A stretch of 64,000 nt of DNA, taken from contig MU004196.1 of the NCBI GenBank assembly GCA_010093605.1, positions 394,606 through 458,605 of the forward strand, read 5' to 3'. The translations under genes and the position numbers were made by a program. The notes under the pieces were generated by a model. That model worked only from the letters and a program-made list of their open reading frames with translations, was not told the origin of the DNA and searched no databases. The stretch's first letter is position 1. Each line of letters opens with the position of its first letter. Shown here in pieces: positions 23,039-35,519 of this stretch. Origin of the DNA: Lophium mytilinum (taxonomy: Eukaryota).

Positions 23039-24098
23039 CGGTTGGTCTCAAGTTAGTAAGAATGTAGAGGCCTAGTTTACCAATTTCTATTTATTATTGT
23101 TGAATCAGGATGCAACTTCTCAAAGTTTTAACGCTCTTTTACTGAGATTGAAGAGGGGCATCTAGTCAAGCCCAGACATTAGAGCAACGAGCACGTGATG
23201 GCAGTGTACAAACTCTAATCAAGCTCTCTCCAAAGACTTCAAATGATATATAGTTTCAGTGTGGTGGTACAGTTAGAAAACTCCTCGGGTAAGCTACACG
23301 TCCCACGTATAATTCACGAGACCATTCTAGAAGCATTGGACGGGCCCATATGACATAACAAGCTTCAAACAATCAATTCGACTCTTGTTGCAGTCACACA
23401 GCATCGGTACACAGCCAGCCCTAACCACGCAGAGGGGTCAGAAAGACCCGAGTAGGTAGCACATCACGTAATACCCTGGAAACACGCGAATGGTACCAAG
23501 AAAATCAAAATGCAACACTCTTCGCAGCCACTTACGTAGATTATTCAGGTGTGTTGAATGGAGACTAGTAAATACGCCCTCCCTTAGATTTGGTCTTAGC
23601 TCCCAACTTTGTTCCACCTTCAAATCTTATTCAAGCGGATTGATTGGACGAATCAGCCAACGATAAAAGGGTCAATGTATCGATATCGAGCGGACTAAAT
23701 GATCGGAGATTGACAGATTGATCTGTTAGGACCTCCAACGGTTAACACGGGAGGCTAGACAGATTACTTGAAAACCCGGTAGCGCTGGATACCAAAGAGA
23801 AGATGGGAAGGAAAGCTGCTGTGCCTTCGTAACATATGAATTCGATAGGGGTATACTGCCTAACTTCTCAAAAGGGCGCACGCTATCAAAAGGGATGATG
23901 CCGTTATGGCATACTACACGAATAAGAAAACACAATACCCTCCCCTATTCCCCAATCACTACCGTGAACCCAGTTACAAACCCAAACCGAAACCCAAAGC
24001 TATCCCAAACACTAACAATCGCAACCCAACCCAGCCCACCCCAGCCCAACAGCCAAAGAGACCTGAACCAACACTCCTAACCATAGCACCACCACCAG

Positions 24099-27000
24099 TC
24101 AAACACTAACCAACCTCTTCCCCATAGCCTCCCCAACTGCATCAATCGCATCCCCAGCCCCATCCAACGCCATCATCTTCTCCCTCTCCGCCCTTTGCCC
24201 CTCCAGAAACCCACTCACAAGCTCCACCGTACTCTTCCTCACACTACACGCGCTACCACCTCCCTCCCTCATCCCTAACTTATAAACGCCAGCACTGCAA
24301 CTCCTCCTCTCCCCCCTCGCGCTCTCCGTTCCACTGAACCGCAGCGGCAGACTCAGCGCCGTCTCAGACGCAAACCGCCGACTGTTGGCCGCCGCCAGCT
24401 CTTCGCTGCTGCTCGCAACCAGCTCGGCTCGCACATCGTCGAGAGACGTACCACGCGGGTACTCGACGCACGACGCGTAGAAGCGAGACCAATTATGCGC
24501 GCTGTCGCTCTTGTCGAGCCTCGCTTCCGCATCCGGGTACTCGGCGGGCGTTGGCGGGAGGGGGATATCAGCCGCGGCGCCATCGAGGAGGCCGTCGTGC
24601 TCATTCACACCACCATCATTCTCAGCCTCCTCCGTGATGATTACCGTGTCGGCGTCCGTGTCGCCACTCTGATCCCGGTTCAGCGGCTGCATCTCGATAG
24701 CCTCAGAGCGGGAGCGCTGCTGCTGCTGCTGCTGCTGCTGGCGGCCCATGAAGACCTCAGGCAGGATCTCGAGCTCCGGGTACTCGAGCACGCCGCCCTC
24801 AGCGATACTGCTGCGGTGGCCATGGCCGAATTTGCGGAAGTCGGAGCTGGAAGAGCGAAAGAGGCGGCCGTAGTTTTTGAGGAAGGTCTTGCCGAAGGTC
24901 ATGGAGTGGCTTTTGGCGAGCTTGTCTTTGCGCTTTGAGCTAGCGGAGCGGTGGACGTCGCCGATGGTGGTTTTGCTGGGGCTGGTGGTTGAGAAGACGT
25001 TTTGGACGCTGAACATCGTCGCGCTGCGGGATGGCTTCTTCATTTGGGTGGGCGTGTTGGGGACCTCGAGGGCGAAGTCTCGCGGGATGACGCGGTCGTC
25101 TGGCCCAGCGCTGCCGCCTCGCAGCTCTCTGGTGTGGCTGGGGTATTGTCCCCACGCTCCGAGTGCTGCTTTGGTTTCAGGGCCCTCGAACATCCGGTTC
25201 TTGAAGGCATCTTGTCCGCTTCGGTCCCAGTCACCCTCGCTGACCGCTCCACTAACACTGCTTCGGCTATGTATTGGCATGAGAGCTGGACTACGCCCCG
25301 GAGAGATAGAGGGTGGTCCAAGGTCCACCTGCGTATCTTCCTCGGCTGTCGATGGTAGAGACGGGTTTGTTCTAGACGACGCGCTGACAGAAAGCCGTCT
25401 AGAGCAACTATTGCTGCGCTCACGGAATGGGTTTCCTGCCAGAGCGGTTGATCTGTCTGGAGAAAGGAATAGGACGCTACGTTCCTCTTGGTACTGCTTC
25501 AGCGCGCGCTCCCACATCGGGCTGGCATCATGTTTGTTCTGGGCTAGGGGCTGCTGCTCGTTCTTCAGACTGATCATGGATCGAGAGAGCCGTCGTTCCC
25601 GCTTCTTGTCAACCTTGTCTGGGTTGCTGCCAAGGTGTCTCTCGGTTTCGTCGCTAGGCCCGTCCACTCCACGGAGTGCGGAGATGCTCTGGCTGCGTCC
25701 GATTACGCTGTTGCCGCGAGTAAGGAGGAACTTTGATACAGCGCTGAAAGTCTTGGAGGCCTTCTTTTGGGAAGAAGCAGGGCTGAAGTTTTCGAGAAAG
25801 CGGGACTTCTTGTTCAGACTTGTTTGACTGGAGTTTACCGAGGCAGAGATGAAGGGGAGGTTTGGGGCAAGTAGAATATCCGTGGCTTTGACATCTCCAT
25901 CCGCGTTGGTGATAGTGATGAATGGGTCATGAGAAGGTCGAAAGGAGCCAGACGCCGCATTTCGGGGCTTCAGGACGCTTGTTCCGATCGATGATACTCG
26001 GTTTCGAGGAGGAGAGATGTTCAGACCGGAGCTACTGTGTTTCGATATCAGAGCTGTGGGTTTCATTGTGATGGCCACAGCTTTGTCAGTTTGGGCGACT
26101 GCTCCAAGATTGACGGTGGGTTCCTTGACACTATCAAGCGGGCTTTGTGGCCGTGAGGAATAGATGGAGGAGCTCTCATCACGATGTCCAAGCTCATCAT
26201 TCTTGATGACGTTTCCCCAAGCCGCAGGAATATTGGTGCTGTCTAGCCCTGAGCTTGTCTTTCGTTCTTGTCGTTTGGCCGGAGTCGGCGTTCTTGCATG
26301 TTGAGGGCTGGCCATTGACGCGGCGGATGACAACAGAGATGCAGACCGTAAATGGTGGGATATTCGCAAGTCGCCTAGGTGGATAGACTTGCGACTGTCG
26401 TTCTCATCCTTCATGTGTAGGGGGACATTTTCCTTCTCAGCAAGGGCACGGATAGGCTCTTGGTGAATCGTGTCCGTGGCAGAACGTTTTAGACCACCTA
26501 GAGTTGTACTTTGGTGGGGTTGCCCCCTCTTCGAAGGGCTGCGAGATGGGACAGAAAGAGACCGCTCATGCAAAGAGTCACAGCGAAGGCCCACCCCTTT
26601 CGAAATTGATTCAGCTGGGAACAAAGAGAAGTCCGAGAGGTGAAGACTTTCGGCCATAGACAATGACCAAGGCGTGGCTTCAAGCGAAGATATGCTCGGC
26701 AGACGTATTGGCTCGAGTGGCTGCAGCCTCGGAAGTGGCATCTCGATGGACGATGCTGATTGCGACCGTCGAAGCTGCCTTGTCTTCAACATCCATTTGA
26801 CTCGCATGCTTGGAGAGCTTGGAAGGTGAGGCACGCTCGGAGAAGTGGGTAAAGATGATGGCAGGGTGTATTTGCTGATTTGATAAGGCTGACTTCCTGG
26901 TTCTACACTGCAAGACTGTCGATGACGAGTCGAGCTAACAGATGCTCTGCTGCTATTAAAGATCAACTTCATCCGCGAGGAAGATGGACCGCCGAGAAAC

Positions 27001-27636
27001 CGAGACTCACCTTCCTGTGGTGGTGGGCGTGGTCCACTCCACACTATGTATGCTGGGTCTCCTCGTCGGCGTCTTCCTCCCTAGCTTTCTCACCACATCA
27101 TCCAGTTCCATCGCGTCATCGTCATATCCACCTTCGCCTGGGCTCCGGTCGCTAAGAAGATCTTTCTTGAGATCCTCCTTTGTAATCTTGACCTCCAGGT
27201 TTGCACCTGACACAGCATTCTTGACGACGGTACCCTGTGCATCGTCGGCATTTTTGGCACCTTTTCCGGACCCTGGCGATAGGCTAGGTTTGGATCGAGA
27301 ACGGGACAGTTCTTTGGAAAGTCTCTTCTTGATCAAAGCACCGACGCTCTTGATTTTGTGGACTTTGTTACCATTTGGTGTAGACGCACCCTTTCGAATG
27401 CGGAAGCCCGAGCGGGTAGGTGACGACTCCCGATCTGTGGCACCGTTGAAGATTTGCTGTAGTTCATGCATGTCTTCGGATCGTGTACTCGTGACTGCAG
27501 AGAGCTGCGAGTTCACCGTAGGCTGCAGCAGAAGAGGCCTAGCTGGCGTTGCGTTGCTAAGGCGGGCGTTTGGAAGGTCCGGCGAGGAAGACCCAGAGCG
27601 CTGTTCAGCAGTGCAGCAGAGCTTTGCAGGAGGCAT
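24099..27636 (-). CDS. Large Ser/Pro/Arg-rich hypothetical protein with a short poly-Gln tract; 2 exons
   Basis: A 209-aa ORF and a 981-aa ORF can be joined by an intron near 26955-27010 (GTGAGT...TAG); mostly low-complexity; CAG repeat near 24716-24740. Confidence 0.75.
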
Positions 27637-28283
27637 ATCTCATGGCGAACAAGCGGGGAGAATGGAGTTGAGAAGACGAGACGACGTGTCGTCGTCGCTG
27701 AATGATGATAATGGTATCGTGTACGAAAGATGAGAGCGAACAGCAGGAGGGATCAAACTCGTGACAGTAAACAAGGTACAGAATGTCATTGCCATTTATT
27801 GCTACAAGTGTGCAATGGGCGATCCATCATGACTTCCATTGTCTTTGCGGGTCTATCTTGCTTTTCGATATGCTCAAGCATGATCTTGAGCCGACAAAGC
27901 TTTCCCTGTGTTTTACCTTCAATTTGAGTCAGAGAGGCATATGCGAAGTGTCGGTGTGTACAAGCTTTGGGTGAAACGGCTTGTTGATGAGATGACTAAA
28001 TGGAAAGATTGCGCGATACTTCAAGATTCTAAACTCATTGGCAGAGTGAGCATGTGTGAGCGCTTACTTTCTAGCTTGGAGGCTGCCGTTATGTTTCGAG
28101 AAGCTGCAGGCATGTACAGCTCGCCCTTCCACATACTTGGGGGTGGTAGACCGCAGCTCCTAGCTTTTCCGCAAGAGACAACACTTCAACTGCTCCTTCC
28201 TTGTATTGTAGGCTCAGTTTAAAGCCAGACATTGTTGAGATTGTGATATCGCGTTAGCGACGGATGGATCCTCTTTGCAGCGC

Positions 28284-28468
28284 CTTCCTATAGATATCCG
28301 TACACCTCCCTACCATTGTTTGAGGGCCCCCGACGTACTAACAGAGACCGTGGACAGCGGATATACTTTCGATCTGTGTGCACCATGTTGACACTGTCTG
28401 GAGGGCCCTCGCACGTTTACTGGTAGCCCAGAATGCCGCACTTTTTCCTCATTCGCAACGCTGAAAAT
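28284..28468 (-). repeat. Dispersed ~185-bp repeat, copy 2 (inverted relative to 8315-8499)
   Basis: Reverse complement matches 8315-8499; the ORF track shows the parallel translations IFSVPNMRKVRR...STSRVLKQ and IFSVANEEKVRH...STSGALKQ. Confidence 0.85.
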
Positions 28469-28511
28469 ACCCCGGGGCTCCTCAAGCGGTGGCAACCGAG
28501 TGTACGAACTT

Positions 28512-29429
28512 CTATGTCTTACCCCCCTCATCCCCATATAGCCCTCCCTCCCTCACATAAGCACTCACCCCCTTCGTACACAATTGCTCCACAGCCCCCC
28601 ACTGCCCGTCCGCCGCCGCCCTCCTCACCCTCGTCGAGCTGACACCCGTCCCCTCCGCCGCGCCCACCAAATCAATCTGCCGTGCCCACTCCTTCCGAAA
28701 ACCCTCCTCTTCCAGCCCACCCTGCGCCAAGTTATCCACATACCCCCTCTGGCTCTCTACACTCCCATACGCATCTGACGACGCGTCAGACGCGTCCGCA
28801 GGCCGCTCCGTAACCCTTAGCTTATGCCCGGCCTCGAAGAACGGGGCCAGCGCCGACAGCGGTGGGGAGTGGTTGGGGTAGTATTTCGGGTTGCAGAAGC
28901 GGATGAGGGTGTCGAAGCCGACGAGGTGCACGTGGACGGGGTATGAAAAATAAGCTGGGGGCTCGGTGGTTGCGATGGCGGCGGATTTGTCGGTATAGTA
29001 TGGGGCGGTTGTGAGGCCGATGTCTATTGGGATGGAGGAGAGCTCTGAGGTGGAGGGCGAGGACGAAGAGGCGAGGGAGTGGGAGAGGTCTTCGGCGAAG
29101 AGCGTCATGAGGGCCAGGCGGTGGGTGTAGCTGGCGGGACTGGGGGCTTTGTCGGCATTTTGGGTAGCGAAGAGGAGGAGTAAGCGGTGGGGAGTCGCGT
29201 CGGTGGGGGAGGAATCGCGTAGAGCGGATGTTGCAAGGGCTAGGTGAGCAATTGAAGGCGGGTTGAAGGAGGAGTCGAGGATGTATAGGGTCTTTGGAAG
29301 AGTTGTGGTGGGGTTGATGGTGCGGACGACGCGGAAGGCTGATGTGGAATTGGTGAATGAATGGAGGGCCAATTCAAGGGTCGGGAGTACAGAGCGTACA
29401 GAGGCGATGCGGGCAGCTGTATCTGCCAT
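28512..29429 (-). CDS. Cytidylyltransferase-family protein, Pof1-like nicotinamide mononucleotide adenylyltransferase
   Basis: YILDSSFNPPSIAH (HIGH-like), QNADK, YYTDK, LVGFDTLIR, PKYY and VSSTRVR; likely ATG at 29429. Confidence 0.85.
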   Translation of the reverse strand: MADTAARIASVRSVLPTLELALHSFTNSTSAFRVVRTINPTTTLPKTLYILDSSFNPPSIAHLALATSALRDSSPTDATPHRLLLLFATQNADKAPSPASYTHRLALMTLFAEDLSHSLASSSSPSTSELSSIPIDIGLTTAPYYTDKSAAIATTEPPAYFSYPVHVHLVGFDTLIRFCNPKYYPNHSPPLSALAPFFEAGHKLRVTERPADASDASSDAYGSVESQRGYVDNLAQGGLEEEGFRKEWARQIDLVGAAEGTGVSSTRVRRAAADGQWGAVEQLCTKGVSAYVREGGLYGDEGGKT

Positions 29430-30066
29430 TCTAGAGATCATACGAATGCTGTGTGGACACAAGAGGCTTGATAGGCCCAGGGGAGGTCTGAGTGAAGTGA
29501 CGCACGGACCAATCTCACGGGCATTTGACCCAGGTGACGCTGAAATGCTGCAAGCATACAGTCGAGAACGTCCTGTAGACCAATCTGTGCACCGTTGTCT
29601 GCAAAATTTGCGCTGCAATTTGGTATGAATGTTAATTAAACCGATCTTGCTGTTACGAAGGGTTCATGCAAGCAAGTAAGCTGTGATTGAAAGTGTTAAA
29701 CTTCTGGTATTGGTATCTCTAATCGGACTATTACTATCTCAGCCCTCGCATCATCCACAGCAGCTCAAGCAATAGCGAGCGCTGGACAATCAGGTTGAGC
29801 AAGGAATCCCGTCCCTCTGCTCAATATGTAAACCCTCCCCGTCTTCTCCATATTTGTTGAATGTTCAATGAACGAACTTTTCAAACTAAACCCAGCCCAC
29901 AAATTCGCCGTCCCATAAGAACTACAGAAGACCACCATGTAGAACGCCGATGTTGAGATCGCTTGCGCCCCCGATGTCCCCAATGAGTCCTTTTCATGCA
30001 GGTTGAACTTTTAGCTATCATAACACATTAATACTCATGAATCCGCGCAGCTGTTGATATGCTGCT

Positions 30067-32478
30067 TTATGCCTTCTCGGCATACTTCTCGCGGTAGAAG
30101 ATAGCGGCGTTCACCATGTTGGTGAGAGCGGCCTTGGTCTCCGTCCACTGCCTGGTCTTCAGGCCGCAGTCGGGGTTGACCCACAATTGGTCAGGCTTGA
30201 GGTATTCCAGCATCTCTGCGATGCGGTCCTTGATTTCGGACTCGCTCGGGATACGGGGCGAGTGGATGTCATAGACACCAGGGCCGATGTGGCGAGGGTA
30301 GGCCTTGTCGACGAAGACCTTGAGCAACTTGGCATCGCTCTTGCTGTTCTCGATGCTGAGAACGTCGGCATCAAGGGCAGCGATGGCATGGAAGAAGTCT
30401 TGGAACTCGGAGTAGCAGAAATGGGAGTGAATCTGGGTGGAGTCCTTGACACCAGCAGTCGAGAGCTTAAAGGAGTCAACAGCCCATGTGAGGTACTTCT
30501 CACGTTCGGTGCCGGCACGGAGAGGGAGACCCTCACGGAGAGCAGGCTCGTCGACCTGGATGACGTAGATGCCAGCAGCCTCGAGATCAACAACCTCATC
30601 ACGGAGGGCGAGAGCGAGCTGCTGGGCTTGGACGGACTGGTGGACGTCGTCACGGGGGAAAGACCACCGGAGGCAGGTAATTGGACCAGTGAGCATACCC
30701 TTCATGGGCTTGCTGGAAATCGAGGCAGCGTACTTCGACTCCTTGACGGTCATCGGGGCGGGACGAGAGATGTCACCGACGATGATTGGGGGGCGAACGC
30801 ATCGGGAGCCGTAGCTCTGCACCCAGCCGTTGGTGGTGAAGACATAGCCGTCGAGTCTCTCACCGAAGTACTGAACCATGTCGTTTCGCTCTGGCTCGCC
30901 GTGGACGTAGACGTCCAGCTTGAGCTCATCTTGGATCTTGATGACCTCCTCAATCTCCTTCTCGATGAACTTCTCGTACTGCTCGGCCGTGATCTCACCC
31001 TTGGTGAACTTGTTGCGCTGGATACGGATCTCCTTGGTCTGGGGGAATGAACCAATGGTGGTGGTAGGGAAAAGAGGGAGCTTGAGGTGGGTCTTTTGCT
31101 GAGCATATCGCTCTGGGAAAGCAGATTGACGCTCGTGCTGTGCGGCAGTGACCTTGCTTTGGCGGTCCTTGACGTGAGGGTTGTTGGTGCGCTCAGACGA
31201 AGAGCGTGCCTGCCATGACTTGGCGTTCGCCTCAAGGGCTTCACGCACCGCAGCAGCGCCGTCGGTAGCGGCCTTCGCAATGACAACAACTTCGCTAGTC
31301 TTCTGGACGGCGAAGGAGAACCAGTCCTTGACTTCGGCTGGGAGCTTCTTTTCGCTGTCGAGCGAGTGGGGAGTGTGAAGAAGGGAGCTGGAGGTAGCGA
31401 CAATAACACGGTCCTGGCCGAGCTTCTGGATGGCGGTCTCAACGACCTCGATGGCTCGCTTGAAGTTGGTCTTCCAGATGTTGCGTCCGTCTACGACACC
31501 AGCAGAAAGGGTTTGCTTCGGGCCGAGCTGGCCGAGTACAGCCTCGAGCTGCTCCGGGTTGCGGACAAGGTCAACGTGGATGCCGTGGAGGCTCTGGAGA
31601 GATGGGAAGACATCGAAGTTGTGTACGATATCACCAAAGTATGTCGCGAGGACAAGCTTGGGGAGCTTGTCGCCAACGAGCTTCTCGTATGCCTTGAAGG
31701 CAGCCTTGGCCTTGGTGGGCAGATCGTAGACGAGCACGGGCTCATCGATCTGGACGGTCTCGGCACCAGCAGCCTTCAGCTTCTCGAGGAGCTCGACGTA
31801 CACGGGCACGAGCTTGTCGAGAAGGCTGATAGGATCGACGGTTGAGCCACGGTCAGCCTTGCCAAGGTGGAGGAAAGATACTGGGCCGAGGAGGACAGGG
31901 CGGGTTATTATGCCAGCCTCTTTGGCCTCGATGAACTCGCGCACTGGCTTGGGGTCGGCAGCGAGCTTGAATGTCTGGTTGTCTTGGAGGGTGGGCTTGA
32001 CGTAGTGGTAGTTGGAGTCGAACCACTTGACCATTTCCTGCGCAGTAGTCAGCACACCGCCATTCGGGGTAGAAGTTGGAGTCATGCTCTCTTACCAAGC
32101 TGGGAACGTCAATGCCGTTCTTCTGGTGGCCGCGGCCCATTGCGAAGTACTCGTCAATTGGCTCTAGGCCCTGGCTTGAGTATCGCTCTGGAATGGCCTA
32201 GAATTGGTTAGAATTGGCCCTAATGTGTCCGAGTCTCGCAGACGTACGTTGAAGAGCTGGATGTGATCGAGGACGTGGTCGTACGACGCGAAGTCGTTGC
32301 TGGGGATGATGTCGACGCCGGCATCCTTCTGGATCTTCCAGTGAGCAAGGCGTAGCCTCTTGTTCTCGGCGAGCAGGTCCTCGCGGGAGAGCTTGTCGGC
32401 CCAGTAGGCCTCGTTGGCCTTCTTCAACTCACGGTTTCCACCCATGCGGGGGAAGCCAAGAACTGAGGATTGCACCAT
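30067..32478 (-). CDS. MET6: Cobalamin-independent methionine synthase; 3 exons
   Basis: [13 protein letters not shown] start at 32478; [40 protein letters not shown] and [11 protein letters not shown]; introns ~32199-32248 and ~32039-32095. Confidence 0.97.
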
Positions 32479-33671
32479 CTTGGCTACGGATGAGATGTGG
32501 CGGCTTCGTGAAATGGTGTTGGACGGGACAATTGGATATGAAGGGACGAGGAGAGGTGTGGAGGAGGAGAATGAAGAGGGGAGGAATGGCGGCGGAGTCT
32601 GGATGAAAGAAGAGTTTTGTACTCCGAATCGGCGCCGGTGGGGTATTTCACGGTAACCACTTTGGGATCCGCGTGAGGGTACGTGCTCGTCCGGGGATCT
32701 CACATCAGAGTCCGTCGGCGTGTCAGACTATTCTTGGGCCAGAGGTTTTGATATCGTTTTCACCGCTGTGGAATTCAGTCACCATCATCACCCACCTGCA
32801 AGCGATACGGGAGGCAAAGCTGTATTGATTCAACGTCGCAGAACCGTGATCGCTGCGAGGTTCGGTACAACGACGAGTGGTATAAATTCTACTAGTCTGC
32901 CAATGGGAGAAGCTCTTTCAAGCGCCGAAGTACGGCCCGGACCTTTGCCAATTGCATCCAGACATTGTGCCCGTGTTGTGGCAGGCATTAAGCGCCGCAT
33001 TCAGCTACGAGCGTGTCGATTGATGGGAATGTTATCAGAGATAGCCGGAGACTTGCGCTGCGAGATACGGGTCTGTTCTGTAGGAATAAAGTCTCCATTG
33101 ATAGGCTGCAGTAAACACGCCAGTCGTTAGTATCACGAGGCAATTCGAATCCAGCCAAAAAAAATTCAAACTCTCCGAACAGGCCTGCTGTGGATAGAGT
33201 ATTGAAGCTGTCCAAGCTTTGGCACTGTTGCAAATAGAGGGCGATGTCTGGGCCGCAGGAAGCGCTACCCAATTTTTGATATTTCGGAGACTTTCAAGCT
33301 TATGGTGTTGAGCATTTGATCTGGTCTTGGTGAAGTCCGGGCACGACCGGAACAGCTGATGCGGAAAAACCGAAGGATTGTGCCAAGATCATTCGCACTC
33401 TGTGACCAGGGCTTCAGTCCTATCTTGTCAACATCAATTTGAGGCTCTAGAAGCTCGGAAAGATCCTTCCAGATGGATGAGATAATCATTGAAGGCTCTC
33501 TAAGAATGCCCGAGACGAGGGATCATTGGCGGCCCCACAAATCCTACATCCCACCCAGATGCCCCACTAACGAAGATTGGAAGCTTTCTAGCATTTCCAC
33601 GAGTACCAAACACCCTAAATCAACTTAGCAGCCCGAGATATTCCAATATGTGGCGACCTCAAATATCCAGG

Positions 33672-34609
33672 ATGCCGTCCACCAACGTAGGCGCAGGAAG
33701 CGCGGAGAGGATGCTGGAGGGCAAGGTTGGAATTGTCACTGGTGCTCCAAGAGGTACTTTGAATGCTGATTTCGCAGCTTCAATGGCACGAGCTTAACAT
33801 GTCCTCCAGGTATCGGCATTGCAATCTGCCACAACCTCGCCAGCAAAGGCTGCTCCCTCGTCCTGAACTACACCTCCGACTCGTCCGCGGCAGCAGCTGA
33901 AGAGCTTGCTTCACAGCTCCAGAGAGAATACGGTGTCAAAGCCGTACCTGTACAAGCAGACCTGGGATCGGAGAATGGACCGGAGTACCTCATCTCAATG
34001 GCGAAGAGCTCCTTCCAGCACCCAAAGACACAGAAGTTCCAGCTGGATATCCTCATCAACAATGCCGGCGTGGCACACAACAACAAGATAGACGAGGTGA
34101 ATGCGGAGGACTTCGCGTGGCAGTACAACACCAACGTCCGTGGGCCGCTGTTCTTGATCAAAGCCGCCTTGCCGTACCTCCCTCACGACCGGTCCGGCCG
34201 AATTGTGAACCTCTCGAGCGTCAGTGCAAGTTGTGGCTTCATTGGGCAATCTGTGTATGGTGGAACGAAGGCGGCGTTGGAGGCCATGACGCGAACGTGG
34301 GCGCGGGAGCTTTCAGAGCGGGCGATTGTCAATGCTGTCAATCCTGGACCGGTTGGGACGGATATGTACTGGAACAGCAAGCCGGACTTCTTCGATATGA
34401 TAAAGCCATTCCTGCAGAACACACCACTAGCAGCACCGAGAGACGGTGTGGATTCGAAAGAGCTTGTCGAGGCTTCGAAGAAAGCCGGTGGCAGACCGGC
34501 GTATGAGGAGGAGATCGCGGGTGTGATTGCAATGTTATGCTCGCCAGATGCAGCATGGAGCACCGGCAACGTGGTTTGTGCGAACGGAGGGTTCAGGTTC
34601 AGCGTATAG
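33672..34609 (+). CDS. Short-chain dehydrogenase/reductase; 2 exons
   Basis: VTGAPR|GIG across an intron at ~33754-33809; INNAG, YGGTK (YxxxK), VNPGPVGT. An in-frame upstream ATG exists at 33648. Confidence 0.9.
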
Positions 34610-35519
34610 CGATATATGACATGATGCACTCGAATGTAACCTTAGTAGCTAATTCTAGATACCAATGGAAGCAACTCTTCATAGTTACTCTGTCCATTTC
34701 CGTTCAGAAGTCGCAACTTGGTAACCACTATACGCAATCCGGACAGATCGGCAGAGCAAAAGTCGAGCCTGTCAGATATTCTGTATGCAGAGAAATAATT
34801 GTGACTGTGCAAAACCTGCTGGATTGAAAGTGGTCCTATCAAGCCCCCTGGAAGTCGTGATGTGGGTCGTGCTTGGCGTGTTGTTGACCAGCCTCTTTCG
34901 TCTCAATTTGTCTCAACTTCAAGGGAACTTCCAAGGTCGCAGCGCCCCACCATCACGAACCCTTCACATGCTGGCGGCTGGCGAGGGCAGGTGGCATGTT
35001 CGAGATCGAATCGGGGCGCTAGACGCCGCCGGCTGGTGAATGGCGGGTCTCGCCGCGCGCCCCCGTGAGGTTGCCCATGGCGACCGAACGTTCGCATCGC
35101 GGCAATCTTGCTTGATGCGCAGCACCCACCCGTTGCTGCCCCAGCTCGTGCAGCGCCCAGCAGACGACTATAGCCTTCCGAGCCGGCCGATTGGATCCCC
35201 TCTATCGAACTGGCCGGACAGTGGAGATCAGGCGTTCAGGGTTCCCCCGTTTCGCATTTCTTGTGGCTGGGCCTCTGTTTACCGGCCTTTGGACGCTGAG
35301 GCCAACCTCTCCATTTTGCCAGATAGCCTCCCTTAGTCCCCTCACTGATCGTCATTCCTTCTTGCGGCGCTGTCGAAGTTGCTGCTACCTCTATACTCTC
35401 TCCTCGACACCGGCTGGCGAGCTATTAATTCTGTTGACGGATTCGACAACACAGCAATGAACCTATAGACGCACTCGGACCGACGACGGAGCCCTGCTTC
35501 AACGTACCAGAGTTCGAGC

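Noticed and set aside
23400..23900. Coding-looking fragments right of the cluster (e.g. EWYQENQNATLFAATYVDY)
   Set aside because: Short, stop-interrupted and without a recognisable family; a pseudogene call is unsupported.
23960..24120. AAACCC-rich stretch resembling telomeric repeats
   Set aside because: Not regular CCCTAA arrays; it is the GT-rich 3' UTR of the minus-strand gene.
30159..32211. Many long antisense and alternative-frame ORFs over MET6, and likewise over both NRPS genes and the MFS gene
   Set aside because: Expected shadows of strong codon bias in real genes; no motifs or independent signals.
34980..35110. GC-rich segment that might be a tRNA or other structured RNA
   Set aside because: No cloverleaf or TTCRA loop in the right geometry; more likely promoter sequence.
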